NCBI GenBank assembly: GCA_964489425.1
Contig: CAZAYP010000002.1
Location: 82,725 to 146,724, forward strand
Direction of reading: 5' to 3'
DNA from: an uncultured Verrucomicrobiota bacterium
Lineage (GTDB): Bacteria > Verrucomicrobiota > Kiritimatiellia > RZYC01 > CAZAYP01
DNA length: 64,000 nucleotides
Shown here: piece by piece, positions 28,701 through 36,412 of the stretch
Numbering within the stretch: the first letter of the stretch is position 1
Layout of the letters: each line of letters starts with the position of its first letter
Program-made: the position numbers and the translations under genes
The notes under the pieces: generated by a model
What the model saw: only the letters and a program-made list of their open reading frames with translations
What the model was told of the DNA's origin: nothing
The model's database searches: none

Positions 28701-29300
28701 GAAGGCTTCCATCGTCGGATCGAAAGTGTCTTTCTGAACGCCAAATATACGGAATGTCTCATCCGACCAAATAAGAGCATGGGTCCGTACATCCAATTCC
28801 CAGCCCCCGACATGCGCGATGCGCTGCGCTTCCTCAAGCCTTGACTCGCTCTCCCGCAGCGCCTCGTTGTTTTTGCGGATGTGTTCCGCTTGGAGGAGGT
28901 TTTCTATCGAGATCGAAAGCATCAGCAGTAAGTTGCTGAGCAGTTCGTTGTGGGCGGGGGAAAGCGGAGGGGATGTGTGGGGCAGGATGAGTACGCCCAG
29001 GGTGGCGTTCCCGGCGGCCAGGGGGATCACGCGAAAGTGGTCGTCACGGGTTAAGAGGCACGCCTCTTGCGGAGGAACGGCTTCTTTCCGAATTGTGCAC
29101 GATTCACATGCGCTGTGTCTGCCCGCCGGGCCCCCGCATTCTTTCAGACACAAGATCGCGTCATGCAATCCCATAACGGTTTTAATCGCATGTTCCGCAA
29201 AATCGGCCTTCTGCTGAATGGATGGCAACGCGCTCAGAAAGCTGGCAGCGGCCAGGAGTTGGGTGGCGATTTTTTCGGCGGGTTGCGGCTCCTGGCTCAT
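25650..29300 (-). CDS. Hybrid sensor histidine kinase (multi-PAS, HisKA, HATPase_c, receiver domain)
   Basis: Repeated PAS-like blocks separated by ...DITERKRAEE... linkers. H-box FLANMSHEIRTPMNGVLGF; G-boxes DTGIGIP and GTGLGLAIARDL; receiver ARILLVEDDATNQ...DLVFMDIQMPVMDG...PIVAMTAH...YIAKPI. Start ATG overlaps the upstream MEDS gene stop (ATGA). Confidence 0.9.
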   Translation of the reverse strand: MSQEPQPAEKIATQLLAAASFLSALPSIQQKADFAEHAIKTVMGLHDAILCLKECGGPAGRHSACESCTIRKEAVPPQEACLLTRDDHFRVIPLAAGNATLGVLILPHTSPPLSPAHNELLSNLLLMLSISIENLLQAEHIRKNNEALRESESRLEEAQRIAHVGGWELDVRTHALIWSDETFRIFGVQKDTFDPTMEAFFECVHPDDRSMMNTVTQAAWCERKPFNVEHRIVWPDGSERMVHEVAETFFDDAGQPIRMAGTVRDITEQKRSDEALRESEWRHRNILHAAMDGFWLMDVQGRFLDVNEAACRMSGYSREELLAMCISDLDAAETPDETAKHIEANRKDGIDRFETKHRRKDGKIIEVEVSTTFKLGLFFCFLRDITERKRAEEENRRFKTISDHAVYGKAIADLQGHLLYVNRFFASIHGYTPEELMGRPLSVFHSPERMDLVEHLIATMLREGHFKPTEVWHLHRDGTEFPMLMNGVLLKDERGAPQYVAASAVDMTAYHRAEQQYQTLFREMLDGFALHEIVCDAAGKPVDYRFLAVNPAFERMTGLKAQDVVGKTVLEVLPGTERHWIETYGKVALTGEPASFENHSGALGKIFMVSAFRPTPNQFACVFADITERKRVEEDLQRKQAIFEQTEALAHVGSWEWEVASDTVIWSDELFRIFRRAPDLGAPSFAEHSSLYTPEDFRQLNEAVAAALREGTPYELELHALCMDGATRTCLAHGQAEKKDGRVVRLSGSLQDITERKRAEDALREAKEAAEAATVAKSRFLANMSHEIRTPMNGVLGFAHLLGATQLDDEQRLFVQTIEKSGQALLHVINEILDLSRIEAGRMEIRESDFNVRTLLGDIAAVMELQARDKRLEFGCDVAEDAPQAVRGDGEHLRQILFNLIGNAIKFTEQGRVTVAVRVERMKDNGLRINVEQRTKNEKPTIWLRFSVVDTGIGIPAEKLDALFSPFMQVDDSNIRRFGGTGLGLAIARDLARLMGGDITAQSALGQGSTFVLTLPLTVCAPTDIERQPQGARTSADLQFNARILLVEDDATNQLAARFLLRKLGARVEVAEHGAQALAALEKNDYDLVFMDIQMPVMDGLEATRRIRAKEKDEGGRMTDEVRDRKAEDSSFIPHPSSVLRLPIVAMTAHVMPGDRERFLAAGMDDYIAKPIKPDQLIAVLQRVLPEAGAAKAAATPPGFRSSAVVQPTMQESGPE
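25884..25970 (+). repeat. In-frame heptamer tract 1 inside the kinase receiver domain: an imperfect palindrome built of GGATGA(A/G) units
   Basis: Plus strand reads ggatgaa ggatgag ggatgaa ggatgaa tcctccgccttccgatctctga cttcatcc gtcatcc ttccgcc ttcatcc. It encodes a 29-aa insertion (DEGGRMTDEVRDRKAEDSSFIPHPSSVLR) in the alpha3-beta4 loop. Confidence 0.6.
26483..26545 (-). repeat. In-frame heptamer tract 2 inside the kinase HATPase domain: nine degenerate NGANNAA heptamers, low GC
   Basis: Minus strand reads ggatgaa ggataac ggattaa ggataaa cgtagaa caaagaa cgaagaa cgaaaaa ccaacaa (63 bp = 21 codons). It encodes the extra MKDNGLRINVEQRTKNEKP between the VTVAVRV and IWLRFSVVDTGIG strands. First 28 bp are 23/28 identical to tract 1. 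Confidence 0.6.
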
Positions 29301-29953
29301 GGCATGGGGCTCCGAACGGCGCTGGGGATGCGGCGCGCAAACTCCTGGAGGAACTCCTGCGGGGGGAGGTAGTAGGGATTATGAACGATCTGGCCGCGCA
29401 CGATCATCATCGGATGCACCCGCAGGGCATCCATGATCAAGGCGCCGCTGAAGCGATTGGCATCATACTGGCAAATGGCGCTGAGCGGATGCGTTTGCAA
29501 CACGATATTGACCCAGGCCTCATATTCCATGAGTCGTTCGGAGCCGGGAATGCCCTTCAAGGCCCAGCTCATCTCGCCACTGACGCGGGCCTGGCGATAA
29601 CCCTGCGCCACCGCGCCCGTGTAGAACGCCTTGAGCCGTTCCAGCATGTCCTCCACCACGAAAGCGCCGCCCGGACAATACGCGCTCAGGGTATCTTGTA
29701 CGGCAAGATTCCTGGCGGACGTTTCGGCGGCGACGTCAATCTGCATGTCATTCAGCCATGCGACCACCTCGTCTTTGGTCATCACATCCGCAAAATAGGC
29801 CACCTGCTCGCCGCTGAGCAAGCCGGCACCGAGGAACTTTCCGATGATGCGCCGCCGTTCGGCGTCATCTTGAAAGATCATGCACAGGTGGGCTCCAGCC
29901 GCGAATTTTCTCTCCGTAAAGCCCAGCGATATTTCCTGATGATTATCACACAT
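29297..29953 (-). CDS. MEDS-domain (DcmR-like sensory) protein, co-transcribed with the hybrid kinase
   Basis: Product MCDNHQEISLGFTERKF...VSGEMSW...QYDANRFSGALIMDALRVHPMMIVRGQIVHNPYY fits the MEDS pattern. AAGGAAA precedes the ATG at 29953; an alternative ATG at 29995 adds 14 aa. Stop overlaps the kinase start. Confidence 0.55.
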   Translation of the reverse strand: MCDNHQEISLGFTERKFAAGAHLCMIFQDDAERRRIIGKFLGAGLLSGEQVAYFADVMTKDEVVAWLNDMQIDVAAETSARNLAVQDTLSAYCPGGAFVVEDMLERLKAFYTGAVAQGYRQARVSGEMSWALKGIPGSERLMEYEAWVNIVLQTHPLSAICQYDANRFSGALIMDALRVHPMMIVRGQIVHNPYYLPPQEFLQEFARRIPSAVRSPMP

Positions 29954-30160
29954 CGCATTTTCCTTGGGACCACGTTCCATCCCATATTGATACACGCATC
30001 ACCCATCCGTAGCGCGTTCCTGGACGACCGGCGGCATGATGGCACCGCCGGTTGTTGTTGTCGAGTTCGCGCACGAGAAAAACCACCCCTCGGCCTGCGG
30101 CCAGGTCAGCTGCCGAGGTGCGAGGTCGGATGAACCAACTTGTTGGCTTCCGTCTTCTTC

Positions 30161-30284
30161 CTCGTTGTCGTTGTCGTTGTCGTGATCGTCGTCGTGATCG
30201 ATCGTCTTCGCCATCCGGATTTTCCGGTCTCGATTACGATTACGACAACCGTCTGGCTATCGCCTCACTGACAACGACAACGAA
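30161..30284 (+). repeat. (GTTGTC)n hexamer tract plus inverted repeat in the divergent intergenic region between the MEDS/kinase operon and the LamG gene
   Basis: tcgttgtcgttgtcgttgtcg (30161-30181) pairs with tgacaacgacaacgaac (30268-30284). It also contains gatcgtcgtcgtgatcgatcg and cgattacgattacgac. Confidence 0.55.
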
Positions 30285-30389
30285 CCCCATCGATCAGGTA
30301 AATATTATGGGCTTTGAGGTTCCCTTGGACAATTCTGCTTGTTTTGGCCATATCTCCTGACATGCTGGGCACTTAAAGGAGGTGCACGC

Positions 30390-31268
30390 ATGCAATTCAG
30401 ACCATTGCGGACCGGGTTGCTGGCCAGCCTGAGCCTGGCGCTGGCGGGCGCAGCACAACCGGTCCTTGACAGTTTCGACTCCAACGGACGCCTCGCCTGG
30501 TCCAACCAGCAGATTGGCGCGCAGTACGTGGTGCAATGGGCGGCCGCCCTGACCGGGACCTGGCACGGGTCCTGGCAGACTCTGGACGACCTTGCGGCCA
30601 CCAGCGCCAGCCGGTCGGTCGATGTTCCCATGTTCTACCGCGTTGGTCAGTTGCCGACCACAGGCTTGGTCGCGCACTACCCGCTGACCCTGGACGCCGC
30701 GGACATTTCCACCAATGGGCTGAACGGCAGCCTGTACGCCATGACCACCGGGGTCGGCCGGACGTCCCAGGAAGCCGCCCTGTATTTCCTGCAGACCAAT
30801 TCCTGCGTCCAGTGCAGCGCGGATGCGCGCCTGGACCTCGTTCCCGCCATGACCATCAGTTTCTGGTTCCGGACCCTTTCCACCAATCTCCAGAACCTGC
30901 TGGGCCGTTTTGACGGTGATTCAAAGGGTTACAACTTGAGGATCGACAATGGCGCCTTGAACATGTTGCTCAACAATTCCACCCGGGTCACGGCGCCCAA
31001 CGCCATCCTCACGGGCGTCTGGTACCACGTGTCCGCCACCTACGCCGACCCGGTCCACATCCTGTACTTAAATGGCGAACAGCAGGCCCGCGCCGACAAC
31101 TGGCAGGGCTACGTCCCGGCCACCAACGCGCTGGTCCTGGGTCGGAAATACAACAACCTCTTTGGCCTGTTTGACCCAGTCGGCTTCCAGGGCGCCATGA
31201 AAGACCTGCGCCTGTACAACCGCGCGCTGGCGCCGGACGAAATCCGCATGTTGTACGAGTGGCGGTGA
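30390..31268 (+). CDS. Secreted LamG (concanavalin-A-like) domain protein with an N-terminal FN3-like module
   Basis: AAAGGAGGTG ribosome-binding site, then ATG at 30390; signal MQFRPLRTGLLASLSLALAGAA. LamG signature ...MKDLRLYNRALAPDEIRMLYEWR. N-terminal 60 aa (...YVVQWAAAL..W..W..L....FYRVGQL) resemble the terminal module of the giant proteins. Confidence 0.85.
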   Translation: MQFRPLRTGLLASLSLALAGAAQPVLDSFDSNGRLAWSNQQIGAQYVVQWAAALTGTWHGSWQTLDDLAATSASRSVDVPMFYRVGQLPTTGLVAHYPLTLDAADISTNGLNGSLYAMTTGVGRTSQEAALYFLQTNSCVQCSADARLDLVPAMTISFWFRTLSTNLQNLLGRFDGDSKGYNLRIDNGALNMLLNNSTRVTAPNAILTGVWYHVSATYADPVHILYLNGEQQARADNWQGYVPATNALVLGRKYNNLFGLFDPVGFQGAMKDLRLYNRALAPDEIRMLYEWR

Positions 31269-31415
31269 AAGAAAGAAAATGAAAAGGGGTCCGTACGCAA
31301 GGCCTCAGTGAAACGGGGTGATCAGGCGCCGGGCTTGGGATGGGCGCCCATCATCAGTCGTCGTTTCCGAACCGGCTACAGGGGAAGCCTACGATGCAGC
31401 ACCTTGTTCATTTTT

Positions 31416-31442
31416 CCTCACGGAGCCACGGAGGTCACGGAG
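31416..31442 (+). repeat. Outer 27-bp inverted repeat (left arm) flanking MITE copy C; its partner is at 31791-31817
   Basis: cctcacggagccacggaggtcacggag against the reverse complement of ccccgtgtctccgtgcctccgtgagag (22 of 26 positions match). Confidence 0.5.
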
Positions 31443-31487
31443 AACAGCGCCGCTCAGGTCATGGATGGCGCGAGTCATGCTTCATCC

Positions 31488-31695
31488 AAGAAAGAGCAGA
31501 TGAACTACGAAACACGCGAATTACGCGAATGCATCCCGTTGACTCTCTGCTAAATATGTACGGTAATGGCCCGAATTCTTCCTGCACCCAACAGGTGAAC
31601 GATGTTATTCTCAGCTTGTTCGCCCGTTCCTCTTTCTGCGGCAACGAGTTTCGCGTTATTCGCGTGTTTCGTAGTTAATTCAAATGCTGAATTTA
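31488..31695 (+). mobile_element. MITE-like element, copy C (full length, 208 bp)
   Basis: Same element as 6616-6822 (reverse complement) and 25467-25572 (deleted derivative). About 44% GC. Confidence 0.75.
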
Positions 31696-31935
31696 GGTTC
31701 ATGGATTCCAGCAGCAAATCAAAAGGCAAGTGGGGTTCCTTTCCTCGCATGACGCAGAACCACGATCGCTCCGATTCTTTTTGCGTTCATCCCCGTGTCT
31801 CCGTGCCTCCGTGAGAGTCTCCCCGCCTGGCTGAGGCCTTACTTCTGCCGTGGAAATTTCTTTGACAACGGCGCGTGCGTTGGGCACAATCGCGCATCAA
31901 TCGAATCATAGCAATCATGTAACAGGAGCAAGGTA

Positions 31936-32088
31936 ATGTCCCGACATCCGAGTCTGAAATCGTCCGGCAAGATCCGGACCCGGCGCAATGTTCTGAAGCG
32001 GTTTGAGCGCATTGACATCCTGCGCGCCACGGGCAAGTGGAAAGAGGGCGACAAGCCCGTGGGACTGCCGAAGACCAAGTCGGTTTGA
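31936..32088 (+). CDS. Small basic protein (50 aa), sbp-like; absent from the ORF track because it is under 60 aa
   Basis: AGGAGCAAGG ribosome-binding site at 31924-31933; product MSRHPSLKSSGKIRTRRNVLKRFERIDILRATGKWKEGDKPVGLPKTKSV, strongly basic. It resembles a conserved small basic protein family that begins MSxHPSLK and contains NVLKRFER. Confidence 0.6.
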   Translation: MSRHPSLKSSGKIRTRRNVLKRFERIDILRATGKWKEGDKPVGLPKTKSV

Positions 32089-32119
32089 TCGCGCCCGAGG
32101 GGCGCGGAATTCGGGGACG

Positions 32120-32150
32120 GGGCCGGCCATGCCGGCCCTGAACCATTTTA
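32120..32150 (+). terminator. Candidate intrinsic terminator after the small basic protein gene
   Basis: Perfect 8-bp GC stem gggccggc / gccggccc with a 3-nt loop, followed by tgaaccatttta. It lies between convergent genes. Confidence 0.35.
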
Positions 32151-32660
32151 AAGGTCGTAGAGCTTGTCGTCCCGTGCCGGGGCGCGCCGGGGCCCGGCCG
32201 CGTTGCCCCCGGTGGCGGCGCCGGGGAGGATAAAGGGCTCTTCTTCGGTTTCCATCAAGTCGCCCATTTCCTGCTCGATTTTATCGGGGTCTTCGCCGGC
32301 TTCCATGCGCTGCACCGCCTGCTCCATGCTGGCGCCAAAGCGCATGCCGGTCATGTCGGAAAGGCGGCGCATGAGCCGGGCGGCCTGGCGCGGGTCTTCC
32401 TCGTTCATGGACTCGGCTTCGCGTGCCAGGGTCTCCATGGCGCCTTCCATGCGCCGCTCATCGATAGGTAGGTCGTCCCCGCCGTCCTCACCATTTACGC
32501 CATCCGCCGCCCGGCCGGTGGCGGCGAACCGCGACACCTGGCGCTCCATGCGGGCGCCTTGGCAGCGGGGGCAGGCGGGCGTCTTGCGGGTGTTGACGCG
32601 CTTGGAGAAGAAGCTGAACACCGTGTTGCAGTGCGGGCAGAAGAATTCATACACCGGCAT
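32148..32660 (-). CDS. FmdB-family zinc-ribbon regulatory protein
   Basis: N-terminus MPVYEFFCPHCNTVF...CPRCQG is the FmdB CxxC...CPxC ribbon. The acidic tail is typical of the family. Confidence 0.8.
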   Translation of the reverse strand: MPVYEFFCPHCNTVFSFFSKRVNTRKTPACPRCQGARMERQVSRFAATGRAADGVNGEDGGDDLPIDERRMEGAMETLAREAESMNEEDPRQAARLMRRLSDMTGMRFGASMEQAVQRMEAGEDPDKIEQEMGDLMETEEEPFILPGAATGGNAAGPRRAPARDDKLYDL

Positions 32661-32775
32661 GGCGGACCTCCATGGATGGGTCCCGGGCAGGTTGCGCGTC
32701 CCAGGTGGAATGGGGGCTTGGGCGCCGGCCGGGCATCATACCATTTCCGCATGAGGATCGGTACTTATCTGGGCT

Positions 32776-32796
32776 CCCCGCCTTTTCAAGGCGGGG
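32776..32796 (+). repeat. GC hairpin CCCCGCC-ttttcaa-GGCGGGG; a similar hairpin CCCCTCC-ttgcaaa-GGAGGGG lies at 32887-32907
   Basis: Two similar 7-bp-stem, 7-nt-loop hairpins 110 bp apart, in the 280-bp gap between the nuclease and FmdB genes. No U-tract follows either. Confidence 0.4.
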
Positions 32797-32940
32797 GGGG
32801 ACCCGAAGGGTGGGGCGGTTGTTCCGGGTTCCACCCACCGTGATATCGGGGCGCGGACCATCCATAACCACCCCGGCCTGCGGCCACCCCTCCTTGCAAA
32901 GGAGGGGAGCTTGTATGCTTGTTCTCATGCGGAAATGGTA

Positions 32941-33894
32941 TCAGTCGCCCGCCTCCAGCTCCGGGCGGCAAAGCTCCAGGAAATTGCAATGTTGGCAGAG
33001 GGTGCGGTCGCAGGCCAGCTCCCACTCTTCCCGGGGCCGGGGCGCATTGCGCCGTGTATCGCCATCCACCAGGTACTCGGCCATGTCCAGCACCGAGGCG
33101 CGGACATGGTCGCGCATCTGCTCGAGGCGCGCCGCGTTCATCTGGCCCACGGCCACCTGGCCCGGCTGGAGATACTCGATATAGATAAAAATATCGTCCG
33201 GCGCGACGTGCTGCTTTTCGTGGGCCCACAGGCCGTACAGCGCGAGCTGGTTTTCGTGCTCCGGTTTGACCTGCCCGGCTTTCCAGTCGTGGATATGGAT
33301 CTGGGCGTCGCGGCGGTAGACGTAATCCGGGATGGCATAGATCTTGATGTTGTCCAGGGTAAAGGATTCCGGGTCGCCGCCGCCGGGGATGGCAATGGGC
33401 ACCTCGTGCTCCGGCCGCACCTCGCGCAGGCGCGGCCACACGCGCTCGACAAAGTGGCCGAGGCATTTTTTCACCGCGGCGGTCAAGGCGGCGGTTTTTT
33501 CCGTTTCCGCGGCCTTGTCCCACTCCCCGTAATAGTGCTCGCGCAGGCAGCAGTACTGCTTGGGATTCGCCTGCCAGTCGCGGCGCTTGGATTCGCTCCA
33601 CGCCTGGTTGAGGTAGGGCCGCGCGGCCTGCTCGTAGGCATCGTCCGCGGTCACGATTTTTCCAGACTGCAACTGGCGCAAGGCCCAGAGCACGGCGCGT
33701 TCAGCGCCCAACCCCTGCAGGGAAAAGATGTTGTTCATTTTTCCCAGCTGGTACGCCTTGCGCTGGGTGGGCGTGGCCTGCTTGTCCCACCCGCCCCACG
33801 CGCCATACTTGGACCAGTAGCGCTTGCGCCGGCAGGCGTCGAAATCTTCGGCAGCCGAGTGGGACCATGAAAAAGAGTTCGCCAGGGGGGCCAC
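32941..33894 (-). CDS. PD-(D/E)XK-superfamily nuclease with a C-terminal 4Fe-4S cysteine cluster (Cas4/RecB-nuclease-like), stand-alone
   Basis: Motifs IPDYVYRRDAQIHIHDWKAG (D...D/ExK), QLALYGLW (QhxxY) and a C-terminal CDRTLCQHCNFLELC (C-x4-C-x2-C-x5-C). GTG at 33894 sits 2 nt after the upstream lipoprotein stop; the alternative ATG is at 33738. The track ORF 32941..34356 extends into and overlaps the upstream gene and is rejected. Confidence 0.65.
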   Translation of the reverse strand: MAPLANSFSWSHSAAEDFDACRRKRYWSKYGAWGGWDKQATPTQRKAYQLGKMNNIFSLQGLGAERAVLWALRQLQSGKIVTADDAYEQAARPYLNQAWSESKRRDWQANPKQYCCLREHYYGEWDKAAETEKTAALTAAVKKCLGHFVERVWPRLREVRPEHEVPIAIPGGGDPESFTLDNIKIYAIPDYVYRRDAQIHIHDWKAGQVKPEHENQLALYGLWAHEKQHVAPDDIFIYIEYLQPGQVAVGQMNAARLEQMRDHVRASVLDMAEYLVDGDTRRNAPRPREEWELACDRTLCQHCNFLELCRPELEAGD

Positions 33895-33896
33895 GC

Positions 33897-34382
33897 TCAG
33901 GGCTCCTGCGGCACGCCGGCAATCAGCCCATTGAGCGTGTCCATCAGATGCTCCATGGTGCCCGCGGAGGTGGAATTGGCCGGATATTTTTTGACATCCA
34001 CGCGGTACACGTAGCGGTGGGCATAAAGCACGTTGAGCACCGGCTGATCCGCCCCGGCGCGGGGGCTGCTCTCGATTGCGAAGCGGCCCCGGACCAGCGG
34101 GCTGTCGAAAGCGACCTCGGTGGCGTTGGATGCCACGCTGTCGATCCGGGTCACGCAGCCTTCGCGCTTGAGCAGCACGATGACGTTGGAGATCACCGTG
34201 GGCTGGGCTTCGGGCGATGAGATCATCCCGGACGAGAGCCGGCTTTCGCGCAGCATGTGGCCCTTGCCATTGCCGGTTTGCCGGATGGGTTGGCGTGCGA
34301 CAAAGGATGGCGAGCTGCATCCCAAGAGAAGCGCGATCATCGCCGTAACCGCCCATCCGGCGGCGTGTTTCAAGCTGCCCAT
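33897..34382 (-). CDS. Hypothetical lipoprotein
   Basis: Signal plus lipobox MGSLKHAAGWAVTAMIALLLGC|SS. No family recognised. Translationally coupled to the nuclease gene. Confidence 0.6.
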   Translation of the reverse strand: MGSLKHAAGWAVTAMIALLLGCSSPSFVARQPIRQTGNGKGHMLRESRLSSGMISSPEAQPTVISNVIVLLKREGCVTRIDSVASNATEVAFDSPLVRGRFAIESSPRAGADQPVLNVLYAHRYVYRVDVKKYPANSTSAGTMEHLMDTLNGLIAGVPQEP

Positions 34383-34643
34383 TCCACCAGTCCCAAGGTC
34401 ATTAATACTTTCTGTCAACATTACTCAACCGCGCGCGTGTGGCAAGCGGAATTTATGGCTATTTGGCGGCGCCCGCCGCGCGGCCCGCACCCGACTCCGA
34501 AACGCGCTTTCCAGCTTTCCGGACATGGGCCAGTTGTCCCTTGACTTACTTGCCCCCGACGTTCAAAGTCCTGTGAAATTTGACCGTGGCAGGTGCTGCC
34601 CGGATGGCGTGGCGATGGCCGCCAGGCGCCCAACGAGGTGATT

Positions 34644-36368
34644 ATGAAAAGCAGACGGTCTGGATTGGGATGGTGTGGTGCCTTGGCGTGCCTGGCGTGG
34701 GGGGTGGCCTGCCAGTCGCCCGGCCAGTGGATGACCGAGACCTATCAGTTGTCCAACGGATGGAACGCGATTTACCTGCGCTTGACCCCCTGGCCGGACG
34801 ACCTGGACACGCAACTGGGCGCATTGCCCGTTCGCGCCGTGCACTGCTTCTCGCGCTTGCAGGACACCCGCCAGTTCTCCGCTGACTCCGGCGGTGGCGT
34901 GGAGCGCGGGGCCGAGTGGTCGACGTGGTTCCCGGAGTCGTCGCCGTTCAGGCAGTTGACGTCGCTGTGGTCGCTGAACGGCAACGTCGCCTACATCGTG
35001 GAGTGCACCAACAGTTGCACCTGGCAGGTCACCGGCATTCCGGTGCGGCCATTGAAGCTGTGGCTGGCCAACGACTGGAACCTGGCCGGGCTGCCGGTGA
35101 ACCGCACGCGGCAGGTCCTGTTCACGGAGTTTTTCCGCCACGCGCCGAACCTTGATCTAACGCCCAGCATGGCCGGCGGCAAGGTCAGCCGCACGCTGCC
35201 AGACGGGCGGCAACAGGACATTTCCTCGCAGACCCACCGGATGGGCATCCATCCACAGGAAGCCTACTGGATCAAGTCCGGGGGGCTGTCGGCCTACATG
35301 GGAACGGTGATGGCTGAATGCCCGCGAGGCAAGCTGTGGTTCCCGCCGCGCGTCAACATCAACACGCTGGTGCTCAAGAACCATTGGGGATCCAACCAGG
35401 CGGTCACCGTGCGCCTGCTGTCCGGCGGCGCCCCGCCGGCCGGCGCGCCGCCCCGGGTCGGGGATGTGCCGCTGATGTATTTCGACGCCGCGGTCACCAA
35501 CGGGGACAGCGCGTGGCGGCCGTTCACGACATCGGCCAGCCTGGTCCAGAACGTGGCCAGCGGCGGCCAGTGGCAAATCGACTGGGCCGTGGATCGCTCG
35601 GCCATGCCGCTGCCGCCCGACACCAACGCGACCTGGCAAAGCGTCATGGAAATAGCGGATGAAGGCGGCACCTTGATCTGGTTGCCGGTGACCGCGGAAG
35701 CCGGCGCGGAGGATTCGCCGGATGCGCTGTGGCCCAGCGGGCTGTGGGTGGGGGAGGTGGATCTTTCCCGCGTCAACGAGATTGCGGCCGACGGCGTCAT
35801 CAGCCCCCAGCCCACGCTGGGCCCCTTGACGATGCGGCTGATCCTGCACGTCACCCGCATGGGCCAGGTGCGTCTGCTGCAGCAGGCCGTGATGGTCTGG
35901 ACCTACACCGTGGACGACGGGGTCACCAGCGCGTATTACCGGGTCTTTTCCGGCGCGTCGACCCTGCCGGTGGGATCCAAGGCCACGCGGGTCAGCAGCG
36001 TGGCGTTTCCCTATGGCCTGAACACCATGCTGAGCGGCAGCTTCCCGGGCACGCTGACCGGATCGTATGTCATCGGTTACGACGATGCGGCCAATCCCTT
36101 CAAGCACGTTTATAATCCCAACCATGACAATGTCGACCCCGATGGGGAGCCGCTGGCCGAGGGCATGGAATGCTATTCCATCACCAACACCATCACCCTG
36201 GTCCTGAACAGCGCGGCGGCATCCACCAACCATGCGTCCTTGTGGAATCCGGAAGAAGAAATCAGCGGGCAATACACCCATATCATCACGGGGTTGCGAC
36301 CCGACCCGGTGCAGGCGGAAGGGCGCTGCACGTTGCGGCGGGTGAACCAGACCGGTACGATCGAATAG
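34644..36368 (+). CDS. Hypothetical secreted protein (574 aa), first gene of the fibre-like locus
   Basis: GAGGTG ribosome-binding site, then ATG at 34644; signal or lipoprotein-like N-terminus MKSRRSGLGWCGALACLAWGVAC. No recognised domains. Confidence 0.75.
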   Translation: MKSRRSGLGWCGALACLAWGVACQSPGQWMTETYQLSNGWNAIYLRLTPWPDDLDTQLGALPVRAVHCFSRLQDTRQFSADSGGGVERGAEWSTWFPESSPFRQLTSLWSLNGNVAYIVECTNSCTWQVTGIPVRPLKLWLANDWNLAGLPVNRTRQVLFTEFFRHAPNLDLTPSMAGGKVSRTLPDGRQQDISSQTHRMGIHPQEAYWIKSGGLSAYMGTVMAECPRGKLWFPPRVNINTLVLKNHWGSNQAVTVRLLSGGAPPAGAPPRVGDVPLMYFDAAVTNGDSAWRPFTTSASLVQNVASGGQWQIDWAVDRSAMPLPPDTNATWQSVMEIADEGGTLIWLPVTAEAGAEDSPDALWPSGLWVGEVDLSRVNEIAADGVISPQPTLGPLTMRLILHVTRMGQVRLLQQAVMVWTYTVDDGVTSAYYRVFSGASTLPVGSKATRVSSVAFPYGLNTMLSGSFPGTLTGSYVIGYDDAANPFKHVYNPNHDNVDPDGEPLAEGMECYSITNTITLVLNSAAASTNHASLWNPEEEISGQYTHIITGLRPDPVQAEGRCTLRRVNQTGTIE

Positions 36369-36412
36369 CGCGGCGCGCCCGGTTGGCGCGCCAGAACGGA
36401 GCGGGAGCGAAC

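Noticed and set aside
29999-30214. 71-aa minus-strand ORF beginning MAKTIDHDDDHDNDNDNEEED, and the plus-strand ORF 30052..30360 with RCRCRCRDRRRDR
   Set aside because: Both are by-products of the (GTTGTC)n/(GACAAC)n repeat, with low-complexity translation and no ribosome-binding site.
33895-34356. Upstream ~150 aa of track ORF 32941..34356
   Set aside because: It overlaps the lipoprotein gene in another frame, has a Arg/Pro-rich composition, and the nuclease homology starts only after a GTG at 33894.
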